Source of the DNA: Pseudomonadota bacterium
Lineage (GTDB): Bacteria > Bdellovibrionota > FAC87 > UBA2466
Direction of reading: 5' to 3'
NCBI GenBank assembly: GCA_043718025.1
Contig: JAYSWN010000034.1
Span: 1 to 15,034 of the forward strand
Length of the DNA stretch: 15,034 nt
Every line of letters starts with the position of its first letter. The stretch's first letter is position 1. Below the pieces are notes generated by a model. That model saw nothing but the letters and a program-made list of their open reading frames with translations, was not told where the DNA came from and ran no database searches. Of this stretch, positions 7,379-15,034 are shown piece after piece. The position numbers and the translations under genes are program-made.

Positions 7379-9042
7379 AGGCCCACGCACGTGAGAACCA
7401 CGGGGCGATTTTCATTGGTGCGAATTCGCAATGTTTGGTTGGATATATTTTGGAGACGCAACTTGGCGGTTATCTCCTCAACGCTGGAGCGGTGAAAGCC
7501 AATAAAATTGCCCGACGTCTCACCGCCGTACGAAGTCCAACTTGCGCTGGCCAAGCCTTGGGCATTCACCGCGAACAAGCGAAGATCGTTTGCCTGGCGT
7601 AAGGGGGAAACCCACACCAATACCGTGTTGATTCGGGCCTCGGTAGGAAGCCATTCCAACGCCTGACCGGGCGCAAGCTCCGTTTCGCTAGCGTTAAGCA
7701 AATCGGCTGCGCTTGGGTGCGTACCTAACCGACTGTTGTGTTGGATCCAATATCTCCCTTCGTACGGATTCACCCCAATGCAAAAAGAGCTCGGAAGTGG
7801 TTCTCCACGCCGCTCAAAGGCGCGAACAAATTCAGTCCATTGGCTAAAGTGTAACTCTGGAAAACCGGGGGATTGGGGCGTTCTCAAGAAGAAAGGCCCG
7901 CTATAGAAAAGCACCAGAGACACCCCCAACACCGAGGCACTCCGTGCCCAGCGCGAAACCGATTGCGCGGCATCGGCCAGCAGGTAAATAAGTAACGTGA
8001 GCAGCGCGATATTGGCCAAGATTGCCCAACGTCCATCTTTAACGGTGTAGCCAACCACCGCGAGAATCATCATTCGGGTGGTCCACGTTACACCGAGTGC
8101 GATCACAAAAAGAAAGAAGAGTTTCCCCTGATCGGCCCGCCGCCCGGTAAGATGACGAATCAGTCCCCCTAAAAAAAGAACCACTATCGCTAACCCCAAG
8201 CCTTGCCAAAGAGACAAACCGTGCGTTCTCCACGCCGAAAGAGTTCCGGCAAACCCTGTCTCCAACCACAAACGTCCAGACAACACGAACAGAAACGCAT
8301 CTATGGACGATAAAAAACTTCGGCTCGCGAAAAAAAGGAGCGACTTCGGAGGGCCTGCTTTCAACACGCCTAGGTTCGCCGCTTGAATCGCTACCTGCAA
8401 AAGCCCACCTGAAAGCCCCATGATTAGCCAACCGAAAGGGCGTTGTTCGCGGTATTCGTTCCACAGGAGAATTAGAAAAATCGGAAAGTAGGCAATGAAG
8501 GCCGACTTAGAAAGAAACAGTACGGCCACGCCAACCCCAACCACCCAACGCGTTGTGCCGTCGGAAATACCTCTTTCCCCAATTCGCATCGCCGTAAATA
8601 GGAGCGGCAGCGCGGCAAGGTAAATAAAGTTGATGTAGTAGTGAAGATCGAGATCGGCATTCATCCCCACCACCAGCGCCAAAAAAAGACGCCAAGTGAG
8701 GGGGAATGTCGGGGACTCAAAAAACGGTAAACAAATCGAGGCGCAGAATAAGGACCCCAAAAGTAGCGCCGTAACGCTTTGAATTAATGGCGCCAGCGCA
8801 TCAAGAGTAGAAAAACTGTGGATGCCAAAGGCTACGATTCTTTGAAAGAGCGGTAGGTAATTCATGTCCAGAGTGAACAGGGCGGTAAAAAAAGGAGAGA
8901 AGCGCGCATGGTAAAAAAAATTGAGTCCGCCCTCGCAAAAGAACTCATTTCCCGAAAGGGGGAGGAAAACCAGCGCTTGATAGCCGAACAAAAACAGAAA
9001 GCAAAGAATCGCCGGCAGGGAGTGACTCAATTTATTGTTCAT
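7375..9042 (-). CDS. Polytopic membrane protein, probable GT-C fold glycosyltransferase with a C-terminal extracytoplasmic domain
   Basis: TM1 is followed by EFFCEGGLNFF...DMNYLPLFQRIVA, which resembles the 'aEDG..f....yaGYl...pRl.a' first-loop pattern of GT-C-like proteins. About 11 TM segments, a DGRW motif before the late TMs and a ~170 aa soluble tail. Confidence 0.6.
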   Translation of the reverse strand: MNNKLSHSLPAILCFLFLFGYQALVFLPLSGNEFFCEGGLNFFYHARFSPFFTALFTLDMNYLPLFQRIVAFGIHSFSTLDALAPLIQSVTALLLGSLFCASICLPFFESPTFPLTWRLFLALVVGMNADLDLHYYINFIYLAALPLLFTAMRIGERGISDGTTRWVVGVGVAVLFLSKSAFIAYFPIFLILLWNEYREQRPFGWLIMGLSGGLLQVAIQAANLGVLKAGPPKSLLFFASRSFLSSIDAFLFVLSGRLWLETGFAGTLSAWRTHGLSLWQGLGLAIVVLFLGGLIRHLTGRRADQGKLFFLFVIALGVTWTTRMMILAVVGYTVKDGRWAILANIALLTLLIYLLADAAQSVSRWARSASVLGVSLVLFYSGPFFLRTPQSPGFPELHFSQWTEFVRAFERRGEPLPSSFCIGVNPYEGRYWIQHNSRLGTHPSAADLLNASETELAPGQALEWLPTEARINTVLVWVSPLRQANDLRLFAVNAQGLASASWTSYGGETSGNFIGFHRSSVEEITAKLRLQNISNQTLRIRTNENRPVVLTCVGL

Positions 9043-9130
9043 AGTGAAGTTAACCTATGACATCGGGCTTTTTTTCGAGGTTCCGCCAAGCCAGGCTGAC
9101 GATATCAAGCTCAATTGGGCGAGCTGCGGT

Positions 9131-9139
9131 ATTCTAACA
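9131..9139 (-). promoter_or_regulatory. Putative extended -10 promoter (TG-T-TAGAAT) for the two-gene GT-C-like operon
   Basis: Reverse complement of attctaaca (9131-9139) is TGTTAGAAT, about 90 bp upstream of the ATG at 9042. No good -35. Confidence 0.45.
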
Positions 9140-9200
9140 AAATTTCGTGAAATAGCCGACCGGTTAAACTTCAGCGATAACCACCGCACGCGGCCAATTG

Positions 9201-9216
9201 GTTCGTTTAAATCGAA
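9201..9216. promoter_or_regulatory. Putative LysR-type operator, copy 1 (GTTCG-TTTAAAT-CGAA), upstream of terC
   Basis: TTCG-N7-CGAA dyad containing T-N11-A. Exact reverse complement of 10344-10359. Confidence 0.7.
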
Positions 9217-9238
9217 GTATGAACGATGATTTATCCAA

Positions 9239-9267
9239 TTTCCAAGACCTTCCTACCCACGTAGATT
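9239..9267 (+). promoter_or_regulatory. Putative sigma70-type promoter of terC (-35 TTTCCA, 17 bp spacer, -10 TAGATT)
   Basis: Hexamers at 9239-9244 and 9262-9267. They place the dyad centre (9209) at about -65, the usual LysR recognition-site position. Confidence 0.5.
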
Positions 9268-9327
9268 GTAACTCGTTGTTGCATCCACAACTTGAAGCGA
9301 TACTTCGTTTTTGAAGGAATGGCAGTT

Positions 9328-10353
9328 ATGAGCGTCTCTCTTTTTCCTTTTGCCGAGTACTGGTCGTTCTATCTACTCTTTACTGGATTCGTCGCCTTGC
9401 TTTTGGTCTTAGATCTTGGGGTGTTTCACCGTAAGGCGCACGAGGTGTCATTTAAGGAGGCTGGAATCTGGAGTGTGGTCTGGATTTCCTTAGCGCTGGT
9501 TTTTAACTACCTTCTCTACCAATACTCATTGTGGAAGTTTCCGTTGGATGTGCGTCTGAACGCCATTCCCGGATTTGACGCAGATGGCTCTGCTAAACAG
9601 GTTGCGCTGGAATTTCTTACCGGTTTCGTGATCGAGAAGTCACTGGCCATCGACAATCTTTTTATTTTTGTGGTCGTATTTTCATATTTCGCCATACCGT
9701 CTATTTATCAACACCGAATTCTTTTTTACGGCATTTTGGGTGCCCTCCTGTTTAGGGCTATTTTCATCGCCGTTGGCTCAGTCTTGATGCAGTACCACTG
9801 GGTGATTGTGGTCTTCGGAATTTTTCTGATCCTTACCGGAATCAAGCTTCTGCTCACACCCGATAAGGCCCCGGATATTGAAAAGAACCCTCTAATCCGT
9901 TTCACCAAACGGTTTCTTCCCATTACCACCACTATGGAGGGGCAAAAGTTTTTTGTGGTGAAAAACGGTGTGCGTTACGGAACCCCACTTTTGTTGGCGC
10001 TTATCTTTATTGAATTTACGGATATCGTTTTTGCCATTGATTCGATTCCGGCCATCTACGCCATTACCGCTGAGCCCTTCATCGTATTCACCTCAAATAT
10101 TTTTGCGCTCTTAGGCATGCGTTCGCTCTATTTCCTACTGGCCGGGATAATGCACCTCTTCCGTTTTCTAAAATATGGTCTCGGGCTGGTGCTGGTTTTT
10201 GTTGGACTCAAAATGGCCTGGTTGAACGAACTCTTCGGCGGTAAATTCCCCATTGGGTGGTCGCTAGGAATCATTTTTGGAATTATTGGGGGTTCGATTT
10301 TACTGTCGCTAGTTTGGAAAAAGGAGAGCTCAGTCGCGGATAGTTCGATTTAA
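9328..10353 (+). CDS. terC: TerC/Alx family integral membrane protein
   Basis: Motifs LDLGVFHRKAHEVS, FLTGFVIEKSLAIDNLFIF, QHRILFYGILGAL.FR, IEFTDIVFAIDSIPAI, FTSNIFALLGMRSLYF and FRFLKYGL. Start placed at ATG 9328 with AAGGA at 9314-9318 (the ORF track extends to TTG 9292). Confidence 0.93.
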   Translation: MSVSLFPFAEYWSFYLLFTGFVALLLVLDLGVFHRKAHEVSFKEAGIWSVVWISLALVFNYLLYQYSLWKFPLDVRLNAIPGFDADGSAKQVALEFLTGFVIEKSLAIDNLFIFVVVFSYFAIPSIYQHRILFYGILGALLFRAIFIAVGSVLMQYHWVIVVFGIFLILTGIKLLLTPDKAPDIEKNPLIRFTKRFLPITTTMEGQKFFVVKNGVRYGTPLLLALIFIEFTDIVFAIDSIPAIYAITAEPFIVFTSNIFALLGMRSLYFLLAGIMHLFRFLKYGLGLVLVFVGLKMAWLNELFGGKFPIGWSLGIIFGIIGGSILLSLVWKKESSVADSSI

Positions 10354-10359
10354 ACGAAC
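10343..10359. promoter_or_regulatory. Putative LysR-type operator, copy 2 (GTTCG-ATTTAAA-CGAAC), upstream of dabB and overlapping the terC stop codon
   Basis: Perfect 5-bp-arm dyad with a 7-bp AT spacer. 16/16 identity to copy 1 on the opposite strand. Confidence 0.7.
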
Positions 10360-10379
10360 GGTTGGTTGATTTTTTTCTA

Positions 10380-10409
10380 TTGTTAATGCGTGGCCAAATA
10401 ATGGACAAT
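10380..10409 (+). promoter_or_regulatory. Putative promoter of dabBA (-35 TTGTTA, 18 bp spacer, -10 GACAAT)
   Basis: The -10-like hexamer begins 53 bp after the dyad centre, the same distance as at terC. An alternative pair is TTTCTA (10374-10379) / 17 bp / AATAAT (10397-10402). Confidence 0.4.
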
Positions 10410-10486
10410 TCCAGCAACTTAAATTTGTGGTTGCGACGGGAATCTCACGCGAAAACACAACTTGGTCAGGTCAAGGAGAGACAGAA

Positions 10487-12049
10487 ATGTTTGATGGGTC
10501 GGTATTTCATAGTCTATTGCTGGGGTTGCCCCTTTTTAGTTTGGGGCTGGGATGGGTAATTTCTCGCGTGCGTCGTGACGCTACCACTGAAAAGGCGCTC
10601 GTGAAGCTTAGGGTTTTTGAGTTTCTGATTGCCGTTGCCATTCTGGTGGAAACCTTCACAAATCGGGCTCTGGAAGTTACTTTCTTCAGGGCCAGCTTGT
10701 TTGATCTGGTAAATGTAGACTTTGGCTTAAGGGGCGACGAGCTTTCCTCCATTGTGCTCGCGATGATTGCATTGCTTTCACTTTGCATCTTTCGCTATTC
10801 GGTGAGGTACCTGGACGGGGACGGGCGCAGGTTCGATTTCTATCGAAATTTTCAGCTTACGGTATTTGCGGTTACGTTCTTAACCCTATCAAATAACCTG
10901 CTGATGTTTTTTGCCGCCTGGCTCGCCACCAGTTACGGGTTGCACCAACTATTGCTTCATTTTAGCGAGCGACCACAAGCGGTACTTGCCGCGCGAAAAA
11001 AATGGTGGGTTAGCCGAATCGGCGACGCTTGTCTGCTCCTAGGCATTGTGCTCACCTATAAGCATTTTGGTACTTTTAATTTTGGTGAACTTTTTGCCAT
11101 TGCGAAAAATGAAGAGGCGATGGCCGCCGCCACGAACGGCGGCGGTTTTTACATTATCGGGCTGTTATTTGTGATTGGCGCCATGACTAAGTCAGCTCAG
11201 TTTCCGTTTCATTTCTGGCTACCGGAGACTATGGAAACTCCCACACCAGTTTCTGCCCTAATGCACGCTGGAGTTATCAATGCGGGTGGTTTTCTAATCA
11301 TTCGTTTGTCACCGATTCTAGTACACGCGACTTTCGCACACGCATTGCTCACCGTGGTAGGGGGAGTTACGGCGGTTTTCGCGGCGCTGGCGATGATGAC
11401 TCAAACCGACGTAAAAAGAACATTGGCCTACTCAACTATTAGTCAGCTTGGCTTCATGATGATTCAGTGTGGGTTGGGTTTATACACGCTGGCGCTATTT
11501 CACATTATCGCGCACGGCTTTTACAAAGCGCACGCTTTTCTCTCCACCGGAACGATTCTCGAGGAGAGCAAGGCCCCAAAACGCAATCTTTCAAACCTTG
11601 GGCTTACTATCTCCTACCTCCTCGCCACCGGACTGGTGGTCTACGGGCTAAATTTGAAGACTGACTCGGCGTTTCTTCCTCCTTCGCTCTGGATTTACTT
11701 TGGAATTCTTGCGCTGGCGTTGACCCAAGTGATTGGTTCGCGAACCGAACTGATTTCGGCTCTGGTTAAGAACTCAGTCGGCAGTTTTATTTATCTCACG
11801 GCGGGGTTCAGTATCTACGTGGCCTTTGAGTACTTTGGGGGCGGCTACCTGGCCCAAGTGATGCCCCAAAGGCTGGATATAGACGGCGTTTGGATTGCGT
11901 CCGTCTTGACCGTGTTTGTGCTCTTTTCGCTGGGAATTTATTTCGCAAAGCGCATGCAGGATCTTAACGAGCCAAAGGGAAAACAGCTGTGGATGTTTTT
12001 TTGGAACGGTGGATACATTCCCCAAATTTCAACCCGGCTTTTTCGATAA
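10487..12049 (+). CDS. dabB: DabB/MpsA-type NuoL/ND5-like cation-translocating subunit of an inorganic carbon transporter
   Basis: YSVRYLDGD, SRIGD, KSAQFPFHFWLPETMETPTPVSALMHAGVINAGGF, KRTLAYSTISQLGFMMIQCGLG and HIIAHGFYKAHAFL. Lies directly upstream of a DUF2309 gene with no other nuo/mrp subunits. Start placed at ATG 10487 with AAGGAG at 10473-10478. Confidence 0.92.
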   Translation: MFDGSVFHSLLLGLPLFSLGLGWVISRVRRDATTEKALVKLRVFEFLIAVAILVETFTNRALEVTFFRASLFDLVNVDFGLRGDELSSIVLAMIALLSLCIFRYSVRYLDGDGRRFDFYRNFQLTVFAVTFLTLSNNLLMFFAAWLATSYGLHQLLLHFSERPQAVLAARKKWWVSRIGDACLLLGIVLTYKHFGTFNFGELFAIAKNEEAMAAATNGGGFYIIGLLFVIGAMTKSAQFPFHFWLPETMETPTPVSALMHAGVINAGGFLIIRLSPILVHATFAHALLTVVGGVTAVFAALAMMTQTDVKRTLAYSTISQLGFMMIQCGLGLYTLALFHIIAHGFYKAHAFLSTGTILEESKAPKRNLSNLGLTISYLLATGLVVYGLNLKTDSAFLPPSLWIYFGILALALTQVIGSRTELISALVKNSVGSFIYLTAGFSIYVAFEYFGGGYLAQVMPQRLDIDGVWIASVLTVFVLFSLGIYFAKRMQDLNEPKGKQLWMFFWNGGYIPQISTRLFR

Positions 12050-12079
12050 CCCTTTTCAGAGAAACAGGAGATACTCGTC

Positions 12080-14551
12080 ATGTTTGACACCTCAACTTTT
12101 AGTCAAAATAAACCGCTTGAATCCGTCCTGGGTACAGAAACAATGAACGAGAATAAAATGACGAAAGACACCGCCGCGGCGGTAGCAGAGGCGGTTCGAG
12201 TCGTGGCTCCGGCGTGGCCACTTCAGTCAATCGTGGCGGTGAACCCGTTTTGGAATTTGCGGCAAAAGGGTTTTTACCAGGTGCTGTCGCAGTTGAGTAA
12301 TCTCTTTGGGCAAAGTCTCTTTTTGCCCCTAGAGGTCTTCGTGAAAAAACATGAGGACGGGTTGATCTCTGACGCCGATATTCTGCATTCAATGGAAGGC
12401 TTGCGACGGACCGGGGTGAAGCTCGACGGTGATCTTCCCCGTTTTCTTCGCGAGAGCCAAGAGTCCACGGTGAAAGGGCTGAGCTTTGAAGTCTACTCCG
12501 ACTTTATGTCCCGTCTGGAAAACTCTGAGCTTTCAGCCGATGTGATTAATCAGGTTGGCAAGTATTGCGCCTCGTACTTTGACCAAGGGCAAGCCTCCTT
12601 TGGGCTAAGGGTGAAGACGAAGCGTCTTTATCAAGAATGGCTTGATTTGATTCAAATTGATCATTCCATGGACCACTTAGGGTACCGGCGCGACGCAAAA
12701 TTTTTGGCAAATTTACCATCTGATCCCATCAAGGCGATTGAACTGTGCGCGAACAAACTTGGGCTTGTTTCGGATATAGCGCTTGAGCTTTACCTTATGA
12801 AGGTCTGTCATCGCACGATGGGTTGGTGTTCTCACGTGCATCAACATCTTTGGCAGGATAGCCTCGGACTTAGTCATAACTCGCGTGGCACTAAAATTGA
12901 GGATGTTTTGGCCATTTTCATGGTTTACGAAGTCTGGGCCGGGGAGGTTGATTCAGAGCACGATTTGTCTTGGTCAAACTCGTTGAAACAGCAGGTAATG
13001 ACCTTCTCCCAACGAAATTCGGATCTAGATCACAACTACCTGCTGTTAAGCGTATGGCAGCGGGCCAATGAATGGAGCTATCAAAAGAGGGTGGCCAAAA
13101 AGCTGGTAGCGCCGCGCCCAATGAGTAAGGTTTCGAGCGAAAAAAATATCGCCCAAATGATTTTTTGCATCGATGTGCGCTCAGAGGTGATTCGCAGAAG
13201 CATTGAAGAACAGGGTTCTGCAATCACCACCCATGGCTTTGCCGGATTTTTCGGCGTGTCACTGGACTGTACCCACGAACAAAAGGAAGCAAGCTCTTAC
13301 CGCTGTCCAGTACTGCTCACGCCCAAATTGGCGGTAATCGAAGAGGCCAGTCTGCAGAGCCGTAAAACCATGCAGGGTAGTCGCTCTTTTTCTAAGTTTC
13401 TAACGGGAATGAAACAGGGGCTAGCCTCTTCTTTTGCGTATGTTGAGTTCTTTGGTGTTTTGGCGGGGATCAATATTCTGAAGCGCTCTCTCAACCTCGG
13501 ACCGAGCACCGACAAGCTATTTAGAAAGAAATTTGACGATACCAGCGATCTCAATCTGGCGTTGGACCTTAATAGCCAGGTCGCTACCGCTTCTTTTGCG
13601 CTTTCCCACATGGGTATTCGCGAATTTGCACCGGCGGTGTTTGTGTGTGGCCACGGTAGCGTGACTACGAACAACGCCTTTGCCTCTTCGCTCGATTGTG
13701 GGGCCTGCGGTGGTCACTCCGGAGAACTAAACGCTCGAATCCTTTGTCGCATTTTGAATAATAAGCAGGTTCGTGCGGAACTAAAGACGTTGGGAAAATT
13801 TGTGATTCCCGACGCAACCTACTTCGTTCCCGCTCTGCATGAAACCGTTACGGATAAAATCTTGGTTTTAGAAGAAGGAAAATTACCGGCCGCGGCTCAA
13901 GAGGTAGTTAGCAAAATAAAGGGTTCCCTATCAAAAGCGGCAGATGCGGCGCAACGAGAGCGCTCGTTAATTACCGATGTCCCAGCCCTCTCTGGCGAAA
14001 ATCGCGTCAGCAATTGGTCAGAGGTTCGGCCGGAATGGGCCCTGGTCAGAAATGGGTGCTTTATTGTCGCCCCTCGGTCTCGTACCCGCGGTACCAATTT
14101 TGACGGCCGCTCCTTCCTCCACGACTACGATTTTATGATCGACGAAGGAATGAAGACCCTCGAGCTTATCATGACCGCGCCGATGGTAGTTACTAACTGG
14201 ATCAATATGCAGTACTACGCCTCGTCGGTAGCGATGCACACTTTTGGTTCGGGCAATAAGGTTCTCCACAATATCGTGGGTCGAATGGGAGTGTCGGAAG
14301 GCAACGGGGGCGACCTAAGGGTTGGCCTGCCCTTTCAGTCGGTGCATAGCGGAGAAAAACTGGTGCATGAGCCATTGCGACTGAGCGTATTCATCGAAGC
14401 GCCCCAGAGCGACGTAGAAAAGATTATTGCTAGCCACGCCGTAGTTCAGCAATTGGTCGACAACCAATGGCTGCACCTATTCTTGGTGGACCGTGCGAAA
14501 AACGCCGTAACCTACCGCAACTCGGGCGGAAAATACGAAGCTTTGGAATGA
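12080..14551 (+). CDS. dabA: DabA/MpsB (DUF2309, UPF0753) beta-carbonic-anhydrase-like subunit of an inorganic carbon transporter
   Basis: APAWPLQSIVAVNPF, FCIDVRSE (Zn Cys and Asp), GFAGFFG, GHGS (Zn His), LDCGACGG (Zn Cys), HETVTD, WSEVRPEWAL, GRSFLHDYD, WINMQYYAS, FGSGNKVLHN, GDLRVGLPFQSV and HEPLRL. RBS CAGGAG at 12065-12070. Confidence 0.95.
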   Translation: MFDTSTFSQNKPLESVLGTETMNENKMTKDTAAAVAEAVRVVAPAWPLQSIVAVNPFWNLRQKGFYQVLSQLSNLFGQSLFLPLEVFVKKHEDGLISDADILHSMEGLRRTGVKLDGDLPRFLRESQESTVKGLSFEVYSDFMSRLENSELSADVINQVGKYCASYFDQGQASFGLRVKTKRLYQEWLDLIQIDHSMDHLGYRRDAKFLANLPSDPIKAIELCANKLGLVSDIALELYLMKVCHRTMGWCSHVHQHLWQDSLGLSHNSRGTKIEDVLAIFMVYEVWAGEVDSEHDLSWSNSLKQQVMTFSQRNSDLDHNYLLLSVWQRANEWSYQKRVAKKLVAPRPMSKVSSEKNIAQMIFCIDVRSEVIRRSIEEQGSAITTHGFAGFFGVSLDCTHEQKEASSYRCPVLLTPKLAVIEEASLQSRKTMQGSRSFSKFLTGMKQGLASSFAYVEFFGVLAGINILKRSLNLGPSTDKLFRKKFDDTSDLNLALDLNSQVATASFALSHMGIREFAPAVFVCGHGSVTTNNAFASSLDCGACGGHSGELNARILCRILNNKQVRAELKTLGKFVIPDATYFVPALHETVTDKILVLEEGKLPAAAQEVVSKIKGSLSKAADAAQRERSLITDVPALSGENRVSNWSEVRPEWALVRNGCFIVAPRSRTRGTNFDGRSFLHDYDFMIDEGMKTLELIMTAPMVVTNWINMQYYASSVAMHTFGSGNKVLHNIVGRMGVSEGNGGDLRVGLPFQSVHSGEKLVHEPLRLSVFIEAPQSDVEKIIASHAVVQQLVDNQWLHLFLVDRAKNAVTYRNSGGKYEALE

Positions 14552-14560
14552 GTGGTGAGT

Positions 14561-14574
14561 GAGGCGTATGCCTC
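14561..14574. terminator. Weak hairpin (GAGGC-GTAT-GCCTC) between the convergent dabA and LysR genes
   Basis: 5-bp stem with a 4-nt loop in the 35-bp gap between the stops. No U-tract on either side. Confidence 0.2.
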
Positions 14575-14586
14575 CAATCGGTACCA

Positions 14587-15033
14587 CTATTCGAGCTCAA
14601 ATTCCTTCATGAGACGCGCTGCAACGGGGTTTGCTATCTTTCGCGCTCCGGAAACAAGCCAGTACTCTTCTCTTACGGATTGAAGGATACCGATTTTTAC
14701 CAGTTTCTTTTCGCTTACCAACTGTTGGGCGGCGAACTCAGGCAGTGGCAGAAGTCCCATGGCATCGAGGCCCATTAACTTTTGGATACTGGTGTCTTGA
14801 GTTTCAGCAACCAACTTAACCTTGATCAGGTTCACGGTGAAGAAGTGGTCGAGGTCCTGGCGCAACTTACTGTGAGCGGTTGGAAAAATGAATGGTTGAC
14901 CCTCGAGCGACTTTGGAAAATTCTTTTTTAACGATGCAAATTTTGGCGCACCGAAAACCGCCACCGGTACTTTCGCGATTGAACGGGAATAAGTTCGCCC
15001 TTGCTCTGAATTCATCGGCGGGTAGTTCGAGAC
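14587..15033 (-). CDS. LysR-family transcriptional regulator, NhaR-like, C-terminal effector domain (5' end outside the window)
   Basis: The frame stays open to the window edge (VSNYPPMNSEQG...). FPKSLEGQPFIFPT.HSKLR..LDHFF, VAETQDTSIQKLMG, IGILQSVREEYWLVSGARKIANPVA parallel the NhaR pattern FPxCLE..LLIPG..S.L..KL..WF, GEFDDAALMKAFG, EEY.AI...R.I.HPAV. Confidence 0.85.
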   Translation of the reverse strand, partial: VSNYPPMNSEQGRTYSRSIAKVPVAVFGAPKFASLKKNFPKSLEGQPFIFPTAHSKLRQDLDHFFTVNLIKVKLVAETQDTSIQKLMGLDAMGLLPLPEFAAQQLVSEKKLVKIGILQSVREEYWLVSGARKIANPVAARLMKEFELE

Positions 15034-15034
15034 C

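Noticed and set aside
6678..8920. A7-A8/T8 homopolymers in the GT-C-like genes (also T8 at 3217-3224) as phase-variation tracts
   Set aside because: The runs are short, the frames are intact, and they are explained by Phe/Lys codons in membrane proteins.
9142..9153. Dyad ATTTC-GT-GAAAT next to the minus-strand extended -10
   Set aside because: It has 5-bp AT-rich arms and occurs once, so it cannot be told apart from chance.
9035..9229. 64-aa ORF in the divergent promoter region, and the 65-aa ORF at 10362-10559
   Set aside because: Both have non-ATG starts, no RBS and no recognisable motifs, and they overlap promoter elements or real genes.
9201..10359. The two inverted 16-bp copies as recombination sites of an invertible terC segment, or as transposon ends
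   Set aside because: The arms are only 4-5 bp, there is no recombinase or transposase in the window and no target duplication. The equal spacing to -10-like elements fits operators better. Read-level inversion evidence would reopen this.
10487..12049. Annotation as respiratory complex I NuoL or Mrp antiporter subunit A
   Set aside because: No other nuo/mrp genes are adjacent. The ETMETPTPVSALMHAG/QCGLG variant and the adjacent DUF2309 gene indicate DabB.
501..14819. Remaining short ORFs of the six-frame track nested in or antisense to the long genes
   Set aside because: They are shadow frames of well-supported CDSs and have no motifs or translation signals.
1..15034. CRISPR array, tRNA/rRNA, prophage, IS or anti-phage defence genes
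   Set aside because: No periodic repeats, RNA-gene signatures or relevant protein motifs were seen. The intergenic gaps are all under 300 bp.

Overview
Gene-dense bacterial chromosomal segment of roughly 50% GC. The TerC N-terminus and LysR style suggest a Bdellovibrionota/Oligoflexia-like organism, but this is inference only. From left to right: 3' end of an M20-family metallopeptidase (+); a small membrane protein with an HxH motif and a heme-less cystathionine beta-synthase with a C-terminal CBS pair (-); a secreted hypothetical protein (+); a translationally coupled GCS2-type carboxylate-amine ligase and M14/AstE-AspA-type Zn hydrolase pair (+); two coupled polytopic GT-C-like membrane proteins (-); a TerC/Alx protein followed by a DabB-DabA (NuoL-like + DUF2309) inorganic-carbon pump (+); and the 3' half of a convergent NhaR-like LysR regulator (-). 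The main non-coding signal is an identical 16-bp element (TTCG-N7-CGAA dyad, LysR T-N11-A type) found once upstream of terC and once upstream of dabB. In both cases its centre lies 53 bp before a -10-like hexamer. This suggests one NhaR-like regulon coupling TerC/Alx to DAB carbon uptake. No RNA genes, CRISPR arrays or mobile elements were recognised.
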